DNA of 44,683 nt from Bacteroidota bacterium (GCA_021818875.1 JAKASW010000002.1:1-44683), one strand, 5' to 3'. Numbered from the stretch's first letter, positions 8,730-19,055 are shown. Notes: generated by a model not told the origin, from the sequence alone. Made by a program: numbers and translations.

Positions 8730-9958
8730 AGCAGTGACCCGATCCTGCCATTCCTCTTGAACTTTATCGCGGTATCTTCGACAATATCTTTGATTCGATT
8801 TGCAAAATTGTCGAATGTAAACTTCTCCTCCACCAGTTTTCTTCCCTCACGGCCCATGCGCTCGGCGATATCCGGGTGTTCCCACATGTACTGGATGGCT
8901 TCCCGGAGGGCCTTCGGATCACCCTGGGGTACGTAGATCCCGGTTTTTCCTTCAACTATGACATCACGTTGCCCTTCTGTAAGAGAACAAATGACGGCTT
9001 TCCCCATCGCCATCGCTTCGGTAATTACTAACGATCCGTTATCCGAATCGGTAGGAAGCAGGGGAACAACGACGAACCTGGAGCGGGCATATAGCTCACG
9101 GAGCTTTATCGGACTCAATGCGCCGGCCGTGACGTTCGGAGGCAATTCGTTCTCCTGCCGGTAGACTGCCTTTACCGTATTGTGCATCTTAGCTCCTGGA
9201 GACAGCCCGGCAGCAATATGGCACTTTATGTCCAATCCGCGCATCGCTTCAATGAACGTCGGGTAGTCACGCATCTCTTGACCGACAGCGCAAATCATAT
9301 CGGTCTGACGTTGAATGGGATGGAAGAATTCCTGGTCAACCAGATGCGGAATCATCGTGATCTTCTCTGATGGCACACCGAGGCGATCTGTAACGAATTT
9401 ACGATGCGTTGTCGTCCAGAGACACAATGTCGTGATTTGTCGGTGCACGTGCTTGAGCAAGAATGCTTTTTTCGGCTTTGATGGCCAGTACATCATTGAG
9501 ACGTGAGGTACCTTTGAATGAGTCAACTTCAAAAGAAGTGCAAAGAGGAGACCATTCATGTCTGACCATGAAACGATCACATCCACTTTCTTCCTTATTA
9601 TAAATGTCTCGACGACCTGCGCGAATCCCGTCGGGATCCGTCGATAGAGCTGTCTCCGCCACAACGGGGCACTGGAAAGGTAGTTCTCATCTATTTTTAC
9701 AGCGTTCAGTGTGCGTTGAAACAGAGTGCTGCGGGGGACCTCTCCTTTTTGCTCCTTCGACGGATCAGTCGTAGAAATTCCGGGGGAGATCAATAATGCC
9801 GTTTTCAATTCGATATTGTCGAGGCCGATTCTTTCTTCAATTACATCGTTTGTCGGCGGCCGGACAAGATAATTGTCCTTTTGGATTTCATCGGATCTGT
9901 GTGTTTTGATCCCATCGGATATGACAGCTTCGCGCTCTTTCATAAATACCTCAATCAT
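8726..9958 (-). CDS. glycosyltransferase family 4 (GT-B), paralogue B
   Basis: VVVPLLPTDSDNGSLVITEAMAMGKAVICS...GKTGIYVPQGDP. Start is set at ATG 9958 (MIEVFMKER), which overlaps the GT8 stop in ATGATTGA. The track ORF extends to 10003. Confidence 0.85.
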   Translation of the reverse strand: MIEVFMKEREAVISDGIKTHRSDEIQKDNYLVRPPTNDVIEERIGLDNIELKTALLISPGISTTDPSKEQKGEVPRSTLFQRTLNAVKIDENYLSSAPLWRRQLYRRIPTGFAQVVETFIIRKKVDVIVSWSDMNGLLFALLLKLTHSKVPHVSMMYWPSKPKKAFLLKHVHRQITTLCLWTTTHRKFVTDRLGVPSEKITMIPHLVDQEFFHPIQRQTDMICAVGQEMRDYPTFIEAMRGLDIKCHIAAGLSPGAKMHNTVKAVYRQENELPPNVTAGALSPIKLRELYARSRFVVVPLLPTDSDNGSLVITEAMAMGKAVICSLTEGQRDVIVEGKTGIYVPQGDPKALREAIQYMWEHPDIAERMGREGRKLVEEKFTFDNFANRIKDIVEDTAIKFKRNGRIGSLL

Positions 9959-11072
9959 GGTCGACAGGCCGTTCTCTTCCGACCTTCCCAAGTATAGCCA
10001 CATCTTTCGGCAGTAGGCCGATGGCTCTCAGGGAGTTCTTTATGTTCACTTTTGATTTTTCGGGCAAGAGGCTGACAAAATAGTAAAGGAATTCATGCTT
10101 GAAACGGAGAGGGTTGCGTTTAAACGTTTCTGCAAGCACTCTTCTCCTGTACATCTTCTTGTCCCAATAATACAAATGTAGGAGATCCAGTTTCACTTTG
10201 ATTGTATCTTTCAATCCGTCGTAAACGTTCTGGAATCTGGAAATCTCTTGATTGTCGAGCGGATACGAAGGCATTTGCCGATTCGACAGGTCAATCTGAT
10301 CTGCCCGCACAAGATTGGATTGCCATTCCTCATAGAAAGGATTTTCTTTATGCCATGGCTTGTAGTAGCCGCTCAGATGATATAGGCCTTTTTGTCCCGG
10401 CCTAATGAGCGGTGTGTAAACTTCAGAGCCGTTCGGTACACAAATGTTGAAGATTCTGGGTAGTTGTGCCCATTTCTGGAAATAGATATTGAACAGTGGC
10501 TGGTCACCGTTGAATAGCTTTCCGTACTCCTGCAGCAGAGACTTCATTCCGGCGAAGGTCCGATCTCCGTCTATGATATCAGTGTCAAAGGAGCTCCTAC
10601 CCGAGCTGAAACCTGGTTTGCGCAGGTCGAACTGGCTTCGGAGTTTCTCGTACAAGTCTCCGGGCTGTTCACGGATATTATAGCCGACTGCATAATGGTC
10701 CTGGTCGGTTGTGGCAGCGAAGTCTTTTACTTTGGTGAGCTCATCCAGTGATGCCCTGACAACCATATCGGCATCCATGAAAATCACGTGACTCCATTTC
10801 TTGAAGTATGGAGTGAAGAGGTACAACTTGTCCAGCACAACAGAGGGATAATCGCCTAGCTTGTCGGTGAACAATGGCTCGCAGTCGTAAACGATGATCC
10901 CCTTTTCTCGGAACCATGCAAGTTCTTCCTGCGGGACTTGATGAGCCAGAAGAAGATAGTCGCCGGTCCATCCTGAGTTCCAGAATATAGATGAGAAAAG
11001 AGCTTTTGCCTGAACCAGATAATTCTCATTTGCAAGAGTCACAACTACGTTTTTCATTGTTGGCTGTTCCAT
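9951..11072 (-). CDS. glycosyltransferase family 8-like (GT-A, DxD)
   Basis: N-terminal VVVTLANENYLVQAKALFSS and the DxD motif IFMDADMVV, an architecture typical of GT8/glycogenin-like LPS glycosyltransferases. Confidence 0.7.
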   Translation of the reverse strand: MEQPTMKNVVVTLANENYLVQAKALFSSIFWNSGWTGDYLLLAHQVPQEELAWFREKGIIVYDCEPLFTDKLGDYPSVVLDKLYLFTPYFKKWSHVIFMDADMVVRASLDELTKVKDFAATTDQDHYAVGYNIREQPGDLYEKLRSQFDLRKPGFSSGRSSFDTDIIDGDRTFAGMKSLLQEYGKLFNGDQPLFNIYFQKWAQLPRIFNICVPNGSEVYTPLIRPGQKGLYHLSGYYKPWHKENPFYEEWQSNLVRADQIDLSNRQMPSYPLDNQEISRFQNVYDGLKDTIKVKLDLLHLYYWDKKMYRRRVLAETFKRNPLRFKHEFLYYFVSLLPEKSKVNIKNSLRAIGLLPKDVAILGKVGRERPVDHD

Positions 11073-11096
11073 TATTGTCCTTTCACTGATCTACGA

Positions 11097-12005
11097 TCAT
11101 CGTCGAATTAAGGGCTGCTGGATGCCGATCGTCAAAGATCGTAGGACTGCGTCATAAGTCGTCTTTACGGAGATTAAGCTGACAGCATCGTACTTGTATT
11201 CTCTTTGATAAAAATACCGGGATAGCTTTGGTGATATCAGCTTGGTCAGTAGTCCGTAGTCGTAGATTTCCCACGGGCTGGTACACGTAAAGAGGGCTAC
11301 CGTCGGTATTTGAAGCCCGAGCGCGAGATGCATCGGCAGGCTGTCGTTGCAGATTACCAGGCTGTGATTCGAGATGTCACTGATGTGCTCAAGTAGACTT
11401 TGTCTCCACGGAAGTATGTTTACCGTGAAATGTTTGGATAGAAGGTTGACCAACTTGTCGAAATGGGCCCAGTTCTTCATTGGCCACCGTTTGCCTGCGA
11501 ACGGTGCGACAGCAATATCCCCCCTCAACTTACTTTCACGCGGAGGGACAGGTAGAATATATTCTTCACCCGAGAAGGGATGCCCAAGAGATTCAAACAC
11601 TATTTCCTGATAAGAACGTCTGTTTGCCAATTTTATCTGATCGGCCTTTCCAATTCCGTAGCGACTGATGAGGCTCATATCGAACCAGCCGGAGGAATCT
11701 TCGGTGTAGGAGATCTCTCCCTGCTCGTTCAGCATGGCGCCAAAAACATAATCTGAACTGACCCTGGTCGATACTGCTTTGGTTATCTCGAAATCGTCTT
11801 CGAGATTAATCAACCGATCGTAGACAATTCCTTCCGGGATCTGGTCAACTTTCGTGAAAACGTTTCGAACCGGTGAAGGTATGAGATCCCTGTTCTCTTG
11901 ACCTACCAGCCAGTCCACTTCCCACCCCTGGAAGAGGTGCAAGATTGTGGTTGTCCTGACCACATCGCCTGCAGCGCCTAGTTTGACAATCAAAAGTGTT
12001 GGCAT
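11097..12005 (-). CDS. glycosyltransferase family 9 (heptosyltransferase-like)
   Basis: N-terminus LLIVKLGAAGDVVRTTTIL is the characteristic GT9 start. C-terminal LVICNDSLPMHLALGL matches the GT9 nucleotide-sugar binding region. Confidence 0.7.
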   Translation of the reverse strand: MPTLLIVKLGAAGDVVRTTTILHLFQGWEVDWLVGQENRDLIPSPVRNVFTKVDQIPEGIVYDRLINLEDDFEITKAVSTRVSSDYVFGAMLNEQGEISYTEDSSGWFDMSLISRYGIGKADQIKLANRRSYQEIVFESLGHPFSGEEYILPVPPRESKLRGDIAVAPFAGKRWPMKNWAHFDKLVNLLSKHFTVNILPWRQSLLEHISDISNHSLVICNDSLPMHLALGLQIPTVALFTCTSPWEIYDYGLLTKLISPKLSRYFYQREYKYDAVSLISVKTTYDAVLRSLTIGIQQPLIRR

Positions 12006-12064
12006 AAGAGATTACGCTTCCTTGAGAATATTGAGTGTTCTATTGACTTCAGAGTTGGACATAG

Positions 12065-13360
12065 TCAGCGGCCGCGAGACTTCTTCCGCTTGAGCTGGAA
12101 TACATCATGGTACACCTCGTTCAGCTCGTTGCCTTTGTCGGACCAATCATAACTTTCGACGACTGTTCGATATGCATTGTCGCTCAATCTTTTGCGGAGT
12201 TCCGCATCTTCGAGCAGCCTGATCACTTCCCGGGCGAATTCCTCCGGGGATTCTCCGATAAGAACAGATTCATCCTTGACGAGTTTGATTCCCTCGATTC
12301 CAATCGTCGTTGAAACTATGGGCACCTGCATCGCCATGGCTTCGAGTGCTTTACCTCTTATTCCGCCGCCCATCAGCAAGGGGATAACGAACACCTTGGA
12401 TTTTGCAACATAGGGCCGGACATCATCGACAAAACCCGTGACGGTAATATGGTCTGAACTGTATGCGAGGATTTCTTTGGTTGGCTTCGCGCCCACCACA
12501 TAAAATGTTGCATCCGGTTTCGCTGCACGTATCAAGGGAAGGATCTTATCTATGAAATATTTGGCGCCATGCCGGTTTGGATAGTAATCCATCAGGCCGA
12601 CAAAAACGATCCCGTTTGGGTCCTTTTCCACATCCTTCGGGAATTCGAAGAATTCTTTGTCCACCCCGTTCTCGATGACTGAGATGTTTAGATAAGGGAT
12701 AAACTCTCTCCAAATTGCAGCATCCCGCCACGTCGGTGCGATGATGGATCGGAACTTCTTACAATTCGCCAATTCATCTTTCTTCAGCCACTTGGCATTA
12801 ATGCGACTAAAAGCTTTGAACAAAGGCTCGCTTGCTGAGCGGGATATCCTTTCGGCTAAATCGAATTCCACGTTTTGAGTGTCCCCGACGACAAGTGTCT
12901 CTTGGGGGAAGTCATAGAACCCCATGAGCACACTCGTGCAATGGATGAGGTCGAAACTGTGTTTGGCAGTCAGTTCGTTCAATGCCCGCTGCATTTTCTT
13001 ATGGTAGAAGACCGCTCGGGCCTGACTGCGTCCGCGGAGAAATTCAAGAAGGTGGCGAATGATCCGTACCAGCTTAGGTCTCTTGGGATCAACAAATACC
13101 ACCTGCTCACATTTATCGCCATAACTCTCATTAAAACGCTGCTCTTCAGCCCGTGATCCCAGAGCCAAAACTGACACCTTATGACGCGAGAGATTTTCAA
13201 GGAGAAATGGTAGGTTGCGCTTTGTTGAAGAGAGATTGAACGGCGGCGGTTGAGGCGCGCTGTGAAAGACCATCAGAATATTCAGACTCTCGCACGTCGG
13301 CGATGCTTCGCTGCGCACGTTATGGAGTAATTTCATTTGCGACGTTGCTTCTGAACTCAT
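12065..13360 (-). CDS. glycosyltransferase family 4 (GT-B)
   Basis: C-terminal motif VFVIPLLMGGGIRGKALEAMAMQVPIVSTTIGIEGI. Confidence 0.8.
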   Translation of the reverse strand: MSSEATSQMKLLHNVRSEASPTCESLNILMVFHSAPQPPPFNLSSTKRNLPFLLENLSRHKVSVLALGSRAEEQRFNESYGDKCEQVVFVDPKRPKLVRIIRHLLEFLRGRSQARAVFYHKKMQRALNELTAKHSFDLIHCTSVLMGFYDFPQETLVVGDTQNVEFDLAERISRSASEPLFKAFSRINAKWLKKDELANCKKFRSIIAPTWRDAAIWREFIPYLNISVIENGVDKEFFEFPKDVEKDPNGIVFVGLMDYYPNRHGAKYFIDKILPLIRAAKPDATFYVVGAKPTKEILAYSSDHITVTGFVDDVRPYVAKSKVFVIPLLMGGGIRGKALEAMAMQVPIVSTTIGIEGIKLVKDESVLIGESPEEFAREVIRLLEDAELRKRLSDNAYRTVVESYDWSDKGNELNEVYHDVFQLKRKKSRGR

Positions 13361-13385
13361 TTTTCTCTGACCGTCATATAGTTGT

Positions 13386-14798
13386 TCATGTTTTGTTCAT
13401 CGCGGAGCTGCCAATCGGTCGTTCACTGGTTGTCGGCAGATTTTGTCCGGCTATCCGGGAATTGACGTGATGCAATGATCTAAGAGTTATTCTATTTGTG
13501 AGATGCATCAGGAACCTCGGTAAGGCAAGGAGTCGTCCTCTCTCTGAAGCAATCGTGTTGAAGATTGTCCATTCGCACATGATTCTTGAGAGTATGGAGA
13601 ACTGGAGAGAGCCGATCTTCTGTACCATGATCTTCCGGGCGGTTGATCTCCTCGATTTCATTGTGATGCTATAGTTACGGTAGACCGACGGGTTCAACGT
13701 GAATTTATACGCCTCGTCCCCGCGCAGAAGGTCGAACACCTGACAGCCGGAATGGATCGATTTGTCGATCGCATACTGAATCGTTGCAACCCCCGCGCCC
13801 GAGTAATTGGCCGGGCCGGATTCGTAAGTCTTATGCTCGACCCCGCTCAGGTAATCGTAGACTCGCCCGTTGAGGACGAAACCCATGCGGGCTGAGATCG
13901 GCTTGTCCTTATGGTACATCACTTCCATCCAGAGCTTACCGCTACCCGCGAGGGCCTGGACTAAATCATGGAGCATCGATGAAAACCGTCGGTCTGAGAA
14001 AAGTCCCGGATAACCTGCAGAGTTCCAGCGTCTCTGGTGAAGTCCAGACAATATTTGTAATCCATTTTCAAGATCGGGAGTATCCTGTACCTCATCGATT
14101 GAGTAGTCGGGATTATCCAGGTACGTTTTCTCTGAGCGCCTAAGACTTCTCTTTGTCCTTGCCTCAAGAGATGAACGGAATTCTTCAGTTGAGGCCGGGA
14201 GGATTATCCTGGGGCATGCATCCGAAGCTTTGCAGGTCATTGTCACACCGGAAGCCTGCAGTTGAGGGACAACGTGGTTCATTAAAACACCGTCTTCAGG
14301 GACATTTTGAAATTCAATTTCGTCCCAGAGGTCGGAATTGTCTTTCAGAAAATTGGAGATAGAAGCGGCGACCGTTCGTTCGTAACCCTCTGCTGCTAAT
14401 ATATCCAGGTAGTCGGAAGGTCCGTCCCTCTCTAACGAAATCAGGGCTGACTTCTTCAGATGGAGGCCCGACCCGATTAGTTTGAGCTGCGTGACGCTTT
14501 TAAACCTCGCCAGGCTGAAGTCTTCGAGAAAAAATGGAGCGGCTCCGATAAGCCTCCGTCCGTCGCGGACAAGCACGATCAAGAGTCGATTGCAACCGTC
14601 GGAAGCAAAGTACTTCCACCATAACCTTTGCCATTCAAAAGACTGGAAGATGGTTCCCGATGATCTCGATACGAGATCTTCCCATTCCGGAGAGATAGAC
14701 CTGAAAGATTCCAGGTCGGTAACGATGTCGTTGGTTATGTATGCCGGGATTCTGATCGCCGGATCGACCATGATATCGATCATTAACAATCTCCACAA
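13386..14798 (-). CDS. CelD/BioF2-like GNAT acyltransferase (FemAB-like fold)
   Basis: TIFQSFEWQRLWWKYF near the N-terminus and YDYLSG...GVATIQYAIDKSI...FDLLRGDEAYK near the C-terminus are typical of the Acetyltransf_6 / cellulose biosynthesis CelD-like family. Confidence 0.65.
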   Translation of the reverse strand: MWRLLMIDIMVDPAIRIPAYITNDIVTDLESFRSISPEWEDLVSRSSGTIFQSFEWQRLWWKYFASDGCNRLLIVLVRDGRRLIGAAPFFLEDFSLARFKSVTQLKLIGSGLHLKKSALISLERDGPSDYLDILAAEGYERTVAASISNFLKDNSDLWDEIEFQNVPEDGVLMNHVVPQLQASGVTMTCKASDACPRIILPASTEEFRSSLEARTKRSLRRSEKTYLDNPDYSIDEVQDTPDLENGLQILSGLHQRRWNSAGYPGLFSDRRFSSMLHDLVQALAGSGKLWMEVMYHKDKPISARMGFVLNGRVYDYLSGVEHKTYESGPANYSGAGVATIQYAIDKSIHSGCQVFDLLRGDEAYKFTLNPSVYRNYSITMKSRRSTARKIMVQKIGSLQFSILSRIMCEWTIFNTIASERGRLLALPRFLMHLTNRITLRSLHHVNSRIAGQNLPTTSERPIGSSAMNKT

Positions 14799-14815
14799 AA
14801 AGTTGACTCTAGCAT

Positions 14816-15685
14816 TTAGATTCTTCTGTGCTCCATATCGGATTGGACGGATTCCTCGATTTTTGTCTCAAGTGGTACAGCGGTGTGCGTCTTATGCGCC
14901 GAGGATCTAATAGTCTTCCACCTGATCCATCTGTAGTATGCATAGGGCGTAAGCATCCTGATTCCAAAACCAAGGAGATTGCTTTCACTGGTGACTTGTA
15001 TTCGCCGAATGTTGAAGAGATTAGTGGAAAATTTTGGTGGGCCCGAAAATGAGCCACAACCATAGTCATATCCCGCAGTCCTGACCATGCGTTCCAGGTC
15101 CGTGTTTGTTGCACCATACGGATAAGCGAAAGTAGTCACTGGCGCGTGGATCAGTTCTTCAAGCGCCGATTTCGAACCCGCTATCTCTTCCCATGCGTCG
15201 TTGCGTCCGATCGTTGTCAGGTCCACATGCCTCATCCCGTGAGAACCGATCTCGAAACCCATTTTGTGAAGCTCAATCAACATGTCATCGTCGACCAGAG
15301 GCACCTCAGGGTATCCGTCGGATACGTCCCAACGATTTGTCTTCACAGATCTGTCACCGAGCACAAATACAGTCGCCCTTACTCCAAAATCTTTCAGGAT
15401 CGGAAGCGCATGATAAAAGATTTCATTGTACCCATCGTCTAGGGTCAGAATTGCCGGCTTCTTAGGCAGTAGCAGTCTCCCTGTAGTTGCCAGGAAGTGG
15501 TCCTGAAAACTAATAAATGTATAGCCCCACTTTTCCAGCAGCCACAGATGTTTTCGAAGCTCATTTTGAGAAACGCTCCAACGATATTCCCGATCTTTCG
15601 TGCCTTCGGGCAGGACCCTGTGATACATCAGGACTTTTATTTCTGGTGCTGTTTTGGATGGATTCACTTTGAAGTCATCCTTCAT
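14816..15685 (-). CDS. polysaccharide deacetylase (CE4, NodB homology domain)
   Basis: LTLDDGYNE (the TFDDG-type motif), ATVFVLG, GSHGMRHVDL (His motif), FAYPYG. Confidence 0.85.
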   Translation of the reverse strand: MKDDFKVNPSKTAPEIKVLMYHRVLPEGTKDREYRWSVSQNELRKHLWLLEKWGYTFISFQDHFLATTGRLLLPKKPAILTLDDGYNEIFYHALPILKDFGVRATVFVLGDRSVKTNRWDVSDGYPEVPLVDDDMLIELHKMGFEIGSHGMRHVDLTTIGRNDAWEEIAGSKSALEELIHAPVTTFAYPYGATNTDLERMVRTAGYDYGCGSFSGPPKFSTNLFNIRRIQVTSESNLLGFGIRMLTPYAYYRWIRWKTIRSSAHKTHTAVPLETKIEESVQSDMEHRRI

Positions 15686-15730
15686 TCTTTGATGTCCTTT
15701 CCAACTTTCTGAATAGGCTGTCCAGCCATT

Positions 15731-17272
15731 TTAGGCACTCGCTTCACTTCTCTGGGCAAAAATCCCCTTAAGATTCTTCAATGAAAATGCCTTCAGTAAC
15801 CTCTCGATCTCCGCTGGTTCAAACACTTTTGTTAGGATAAGTGATGAACCATAGACCACCGATCCGATTGCCACCTGCGCCAACCACGGAAATCCTAATG
15901 CCTCTCCGCCGAGAATCGCCAGTGCCATAGTGACACCGCACGCGAGTCCTTTCGTGACCGCGTAAAGGAGCTTTCGCGTGAACAAGTCCCGGGGAAGGAT
16001 AAAGACTGTCGCTAGCATGACAAAAAGTTCCGTAACGTCCGTGGCAATGGCCGCCCCTACTCCTCCGTTAGCCATGCTTTTCTGAAAGTAAGGTATCATA
16101 AAAAAATTCAGTCCCACATTGACGAAGATTGCGAGGAATGAGAAGAAGGCAGACCATCGCTGTCTATCCACGGAAATCGTCGTTCCACCCAGGATGAAAT
16201 CGACATAGACGAGTACGATCCCCGCGGCAAAGATCTGCAATATGATTGTCGATTGACTGAATTGCGCGAGCCCGAATAACAAACCGACGATGTCTTTTGC
16301 GAAGAAGGCCAACGCGATTGCGATCGGAATGCCGAGAATGACCATGTATTCGATGGCTTTCCCTGTTGTGTTCCTCATGGAATTGTACTCAAACTTGCCC
16401 TGTCGTGAGAGCACAGGCAGCAACGCTGTCGAGAAAATCAGTGGGAATGTCATCAGGATATCGAACAACTTCGAGGAGGCTCCATACCATCCGACCACGG
16501 ATTTGGGCGTCATCATGGATAACATGAAGGCGTCTATCCGGTAGTACACAATTCCAAAGAAGGAAAGGAGGAAGTATGGGATTCCGGCCTTCAGAAGATC
16601 CACCATTGTTCTGATTCGAATTGAGAAGTGGATCGTCAGAATCTTTTTCAGATACTTTGCATTGATAAGGAAGCTGACGAGAGTACTCGCAGCCATGAGA
16701 ATGACAACGACGACTTCTTTTGCACCCAGCAATAGCGCCGGCACCGCCGTGGCCATGAGAAAGAACCTTCGTGAGGCAGCGGCGACTGAAGGATATTTCA
16801 TCTCCTCGAATCCCAGGAAACAACCTCGAATCAGACTGCTCATCCCTTCCCAGAGGTTCGAGGTGGTGAGGACTAGTATTAGAAGTACCAGGTGCCACGA
16901 GTAACCGGAGAAGATACACAGGCCGATAGTGAGGATCATTGAAAGGAGCCAGAGGATGACGCGGATACTTGCCGAGTGAATGAAAAGCGAGGAAGCATTC
17001 TCTCGATCTATAGATATATGCTTTGGTATGAACTCTTGGCTGCCATAGTCGACAAGCGTCCAGAAGATCGCTTGTATCGACATGGCAAGGAACAACTCAC
17101 CGTAGCCTTTGCTTCCAAGGTAGCGCGGCAAAAAAAACAGGAGAACGAGTCCCGCTACCCAGGTAACTATCTGGGTGGTCATCATGATGGCGGTGTTCTT
17201 AGCCACAGACCTTGTCACCGAATACTCCATCAACTGATTCCATTTCTCGGGCTCAAGCCCATGTGGGTACAC
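15731..17272 (-). CDS. wzx: Wzx-type flippase (MOP superfamily polysaccharide biosynthesis protein)
   Basis: 513-aa protein, hydrophobic throughout (12 or more predicted TM helices by eye), in the position and with the length typical of Wzx. An alternative start at ATG 17230 would remove the 20-nt overlap with wzy. Confidence 0.7.
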   Translation of the reverse strand: MYPHGLEPEKWNQLMEYSVTRSVAKNTAIMMTTQIVTWVAGLVLLFFLPRYLGSKGYGELFLAMSIQAIFWTLVDYGSQEFIPKHISIDRENASSLFIHSASIRVILWLLSMILTIGLCIFSGYSWHLVLLILVLTTSNLWEGMSSLIRGCFLGFEEMKYPSVAAASRRFFLMATAVPALLLGAKEVVVVILMAASTLVSFLINAKYLKKILTIHFSIRIRTMVDLLKAGIPYFLLSFFGIVYYRIDAFMLSMMTPKSVVGWYGASSKLFDILMTFPLIFSTALLPVLSRQGKFEYNSMRNTTGKAIEYMVILGIPIAIALAFFAKDIVGLLFGLAQFSQSTIILQIFAAGIVLVYVDFILGGTTISVDRQRWSAFFSFLAIFVNVGLNFFMIPYFQKSMANGGVGAAIATDVTELFVMLATVFILPRDLFTRKLLYAVTKGLACGVTMALAILGGEALGFPWLAQVAIGSVVYGSSLILTKVFEPAEIERLLKAFSLKNLKGIFAQRSEASA

Positions 17273-18854
17273 CTTTGCCGGTTACGGTTTCGTTAAGTTT
17301 GTTAGCGTCCTTCGATTGACCGGGCGTCGAGCTTTGTTCCTTATCGAGCGCCTTGAGGGTTGGAAGCAATCCACACAGGGTACCAAGCAGGATCATATTG
17401 CGATAGTACGTCAACTGAAGGTCAAAATAGGAAGCTACCATCTGGCTTCCCAGGGCGGTTGCAATCATAAAGGCGATCGACCTGAGATATGGATCCTTGA
17501 GGATTCTCCCCAGACGAGCAGCCTCGAAGACGAGCGCATCTATGAAGAGCCAAAAGATGAAAAAGCCAATTGCCCCCATCTTCACGAGAAGCCACAATAT
17601 TTCATTGTGAGGTATGTAACTGCGCAGAGACCATGGAGAGATTCCCAAATTCAAGTTTATGGGTTGTAAATACTTTTTCCCGAAACCAACTCCGTCAACC
17701 GGGTAGGCTCTCACCGTAGTGGCAAGATCATACCGCTCGATTTGTCTTCCGAGGTTTGAATAATAGCGCTGCCCGGCACCACGCCTGGTATCGGAGAAGC
17801 CTGACTTTATCAATTGTATGACTGCGCCGGCTCTGCCCGTGTCATTCCAGAACACCGCTGTGTATGCGCCGGCAAGAATGAGTAATGGCAAGGCGACTTT
17901 GAAGAGCTTTATTCTTTTCTTCGTGTCGAGCATAACCACAAAGAGAACTATTGCTACGGCGAACCCACCGTAAGCTGCGCGGCGCTGACCGCTATAGAAG
18001 CCAAGAAGCAAGAGTGGAAGCAGCCAGAGAATCACTTTCCGTTGCTTTTCCCTCGCCCCAAACATAATCATTCCCATCAGCATGATTATCAAATCGCCCA
18101 TGAACAGCGGATCCTCGTGATTGGTGAGGACGTCATAACCACGGAATCTGAATCCCAGGTACGCAAAGCGTCCGGCGCCCTGGAATGCCTTGAAGCTCAC
18201 CACAATGATGAACACCCACATGAGTACGTTGAGTTGTTCTCTTGTTTGTATCACTTGCGGGACGAGGAAGTATAATAGAAGGAAATAGGTAAGCGCCCTT
18301 ATTTCCCAGAGCGACTTAAGAAACTCACCGCCGGTACGGAGACCGTGAAATTCTGAAAAAGCAATCCAGAAAGCGAGCAGGATAGCAAAACCCCAGAGTG
18401 GAACTCTTTGGACGTTGGCTTTTCTTCTAACTACCGCGGCAATGAACATTCCCAGGATGATAAGCACCAACTGAATTTCTATGGGATTCATCACGCCTAT
18501 TGAAAGACCGGGCAGTAACGGGCTTTGTTTAAGATTCAGAAAATACCCGGCCGAGTACGTGACGCTGTTCTGGAACGGCATGGCGTTCATGGTCTGATCA
18601 AAAAAAAGGACCATGCCGAACAGGAGATAGAATGCCAGATCCGCTCTGTAGAAAGAAGCGAAAATTATGACAAGGACCGTTATCAACGCAAATCCGTCGA
18701 CTACTTTCCCACCGGTAAGTACCATTATAATTCCGACAGCTACGGATAGCACGACCACCCCTGAGTACCACAGGATCATCAAAGGATCGATAGTACGGAT
18801 AAGTCTGGATATTCTGGCGGCAGATGTCATTGTCAGAGTTCTCGGAGTGCTCAT
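17253..18854 (-). CDS. wzy: O-antigen ligase/polymerase family membrane protein (Wzy-like)
   Basis: 533-aa polytopic membrane protein with a large loop region and an H/R-rich segment (NHEDPLF, GQRRAAYGG), as in the Wzy_C family. Adjacent to wzx. Confidence 0.6.
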   Translation of the reverse strand: MSTPRTLTMTSAARISRLIRTIDPLMILWYSGVVVLSVAVGIIMVLTGGKVVDGFALITVLVIIFASFYRADLAFYLLFGMVLFFDQTMNAMPFQNSVTYSAGYFLNLKQSPLLPGLSIGVMNPIEIQLVLIILGMFIAAVVRRKANVQRVPLWGFAILLAFWIAFSEFHGLRTGGEFLKSLWEIRALTYFLLLYFLVPQVIQTREQLNVLMWVFIIVVSFKAFQGAGRFAYLGFRFRGYDVLTNHEDPLFMGDLIIMLMGMIMFGAREKQRKVILWLLPLLLLGFYSGQRRAAYGGFAVAIVLFVVMLDTKKRIKLFKVALPLLILAGAYTAVFWNDTGRAGAVIQLIKSGFSDTRRGAGQRYYSNLGRQIERYDLATTVRAYPVDGVGFGKKYLQPINLNLGISPWSLRSYIPHNEILWLLVKMGAIGFFIFWLFIDALVFEAARLGRILKDPYLRSIAFMIATALGSQMVASYFDLQLTYYRNMILLGTLCGLLPTLKALDKEQSSTPGQSKDANKLNETVTGKGVPTWA

Positions 18855-18861
18855 CGTAATT

Positions 18862-19029
18862 TTACAACTTTGGCATTTTCATTGTGAACATGTCGAACAC
18901 GACCAGGGCCGTTTGAATCAACGCGATGATTGTAATTAACAAGTACTTTGTCGCTTTCTTGTGCCACTCTTTAGCCCCCAATATTGCTGCGGCTGCCAGG
19001 AAAAAGACTATGGTAAATATTGGCAACAT
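18862..19029 (-). CDS. small two-helix membrane protein (55 aa), not in the supplied ORF track
   Basis: The minus strand reads ATG...TAA as MLPIFTIVFFLAAAAILGAKEWHKKATKYLLITIIALIQTALVVFDMFTMKMPKL. It ends 7 nt before the wzy start and begins 26 nt after the kinase stop. There is no clear SD. Confidence 0.4.
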   Translation of the reverse strand: MLPIFTIVFFLAAAAILGAKEWHKKATKYLLITIIALIQTALVVFDMFTMKMPKL

Positions 19030-19055
19030 AATGTCAACAGATATTTAGCGGATGG

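Noticed and set aside
16389-16919. Long antisense or overlapping ORFs inside confident genes. Examples are 16389..16919 in wzx, 23865..24329 in the WecA-like gene, 41252..41767 and 42293..42835 around copA, 34224..34682, 32737..33186, and 3695..4189.
   Set aside because: They lie opposite or out of frame to ORFs with strong family motifs. They show no recognisable motifs, have skewed Arg/Ser/Pro-rich composition, and are typical shadow ORFs.
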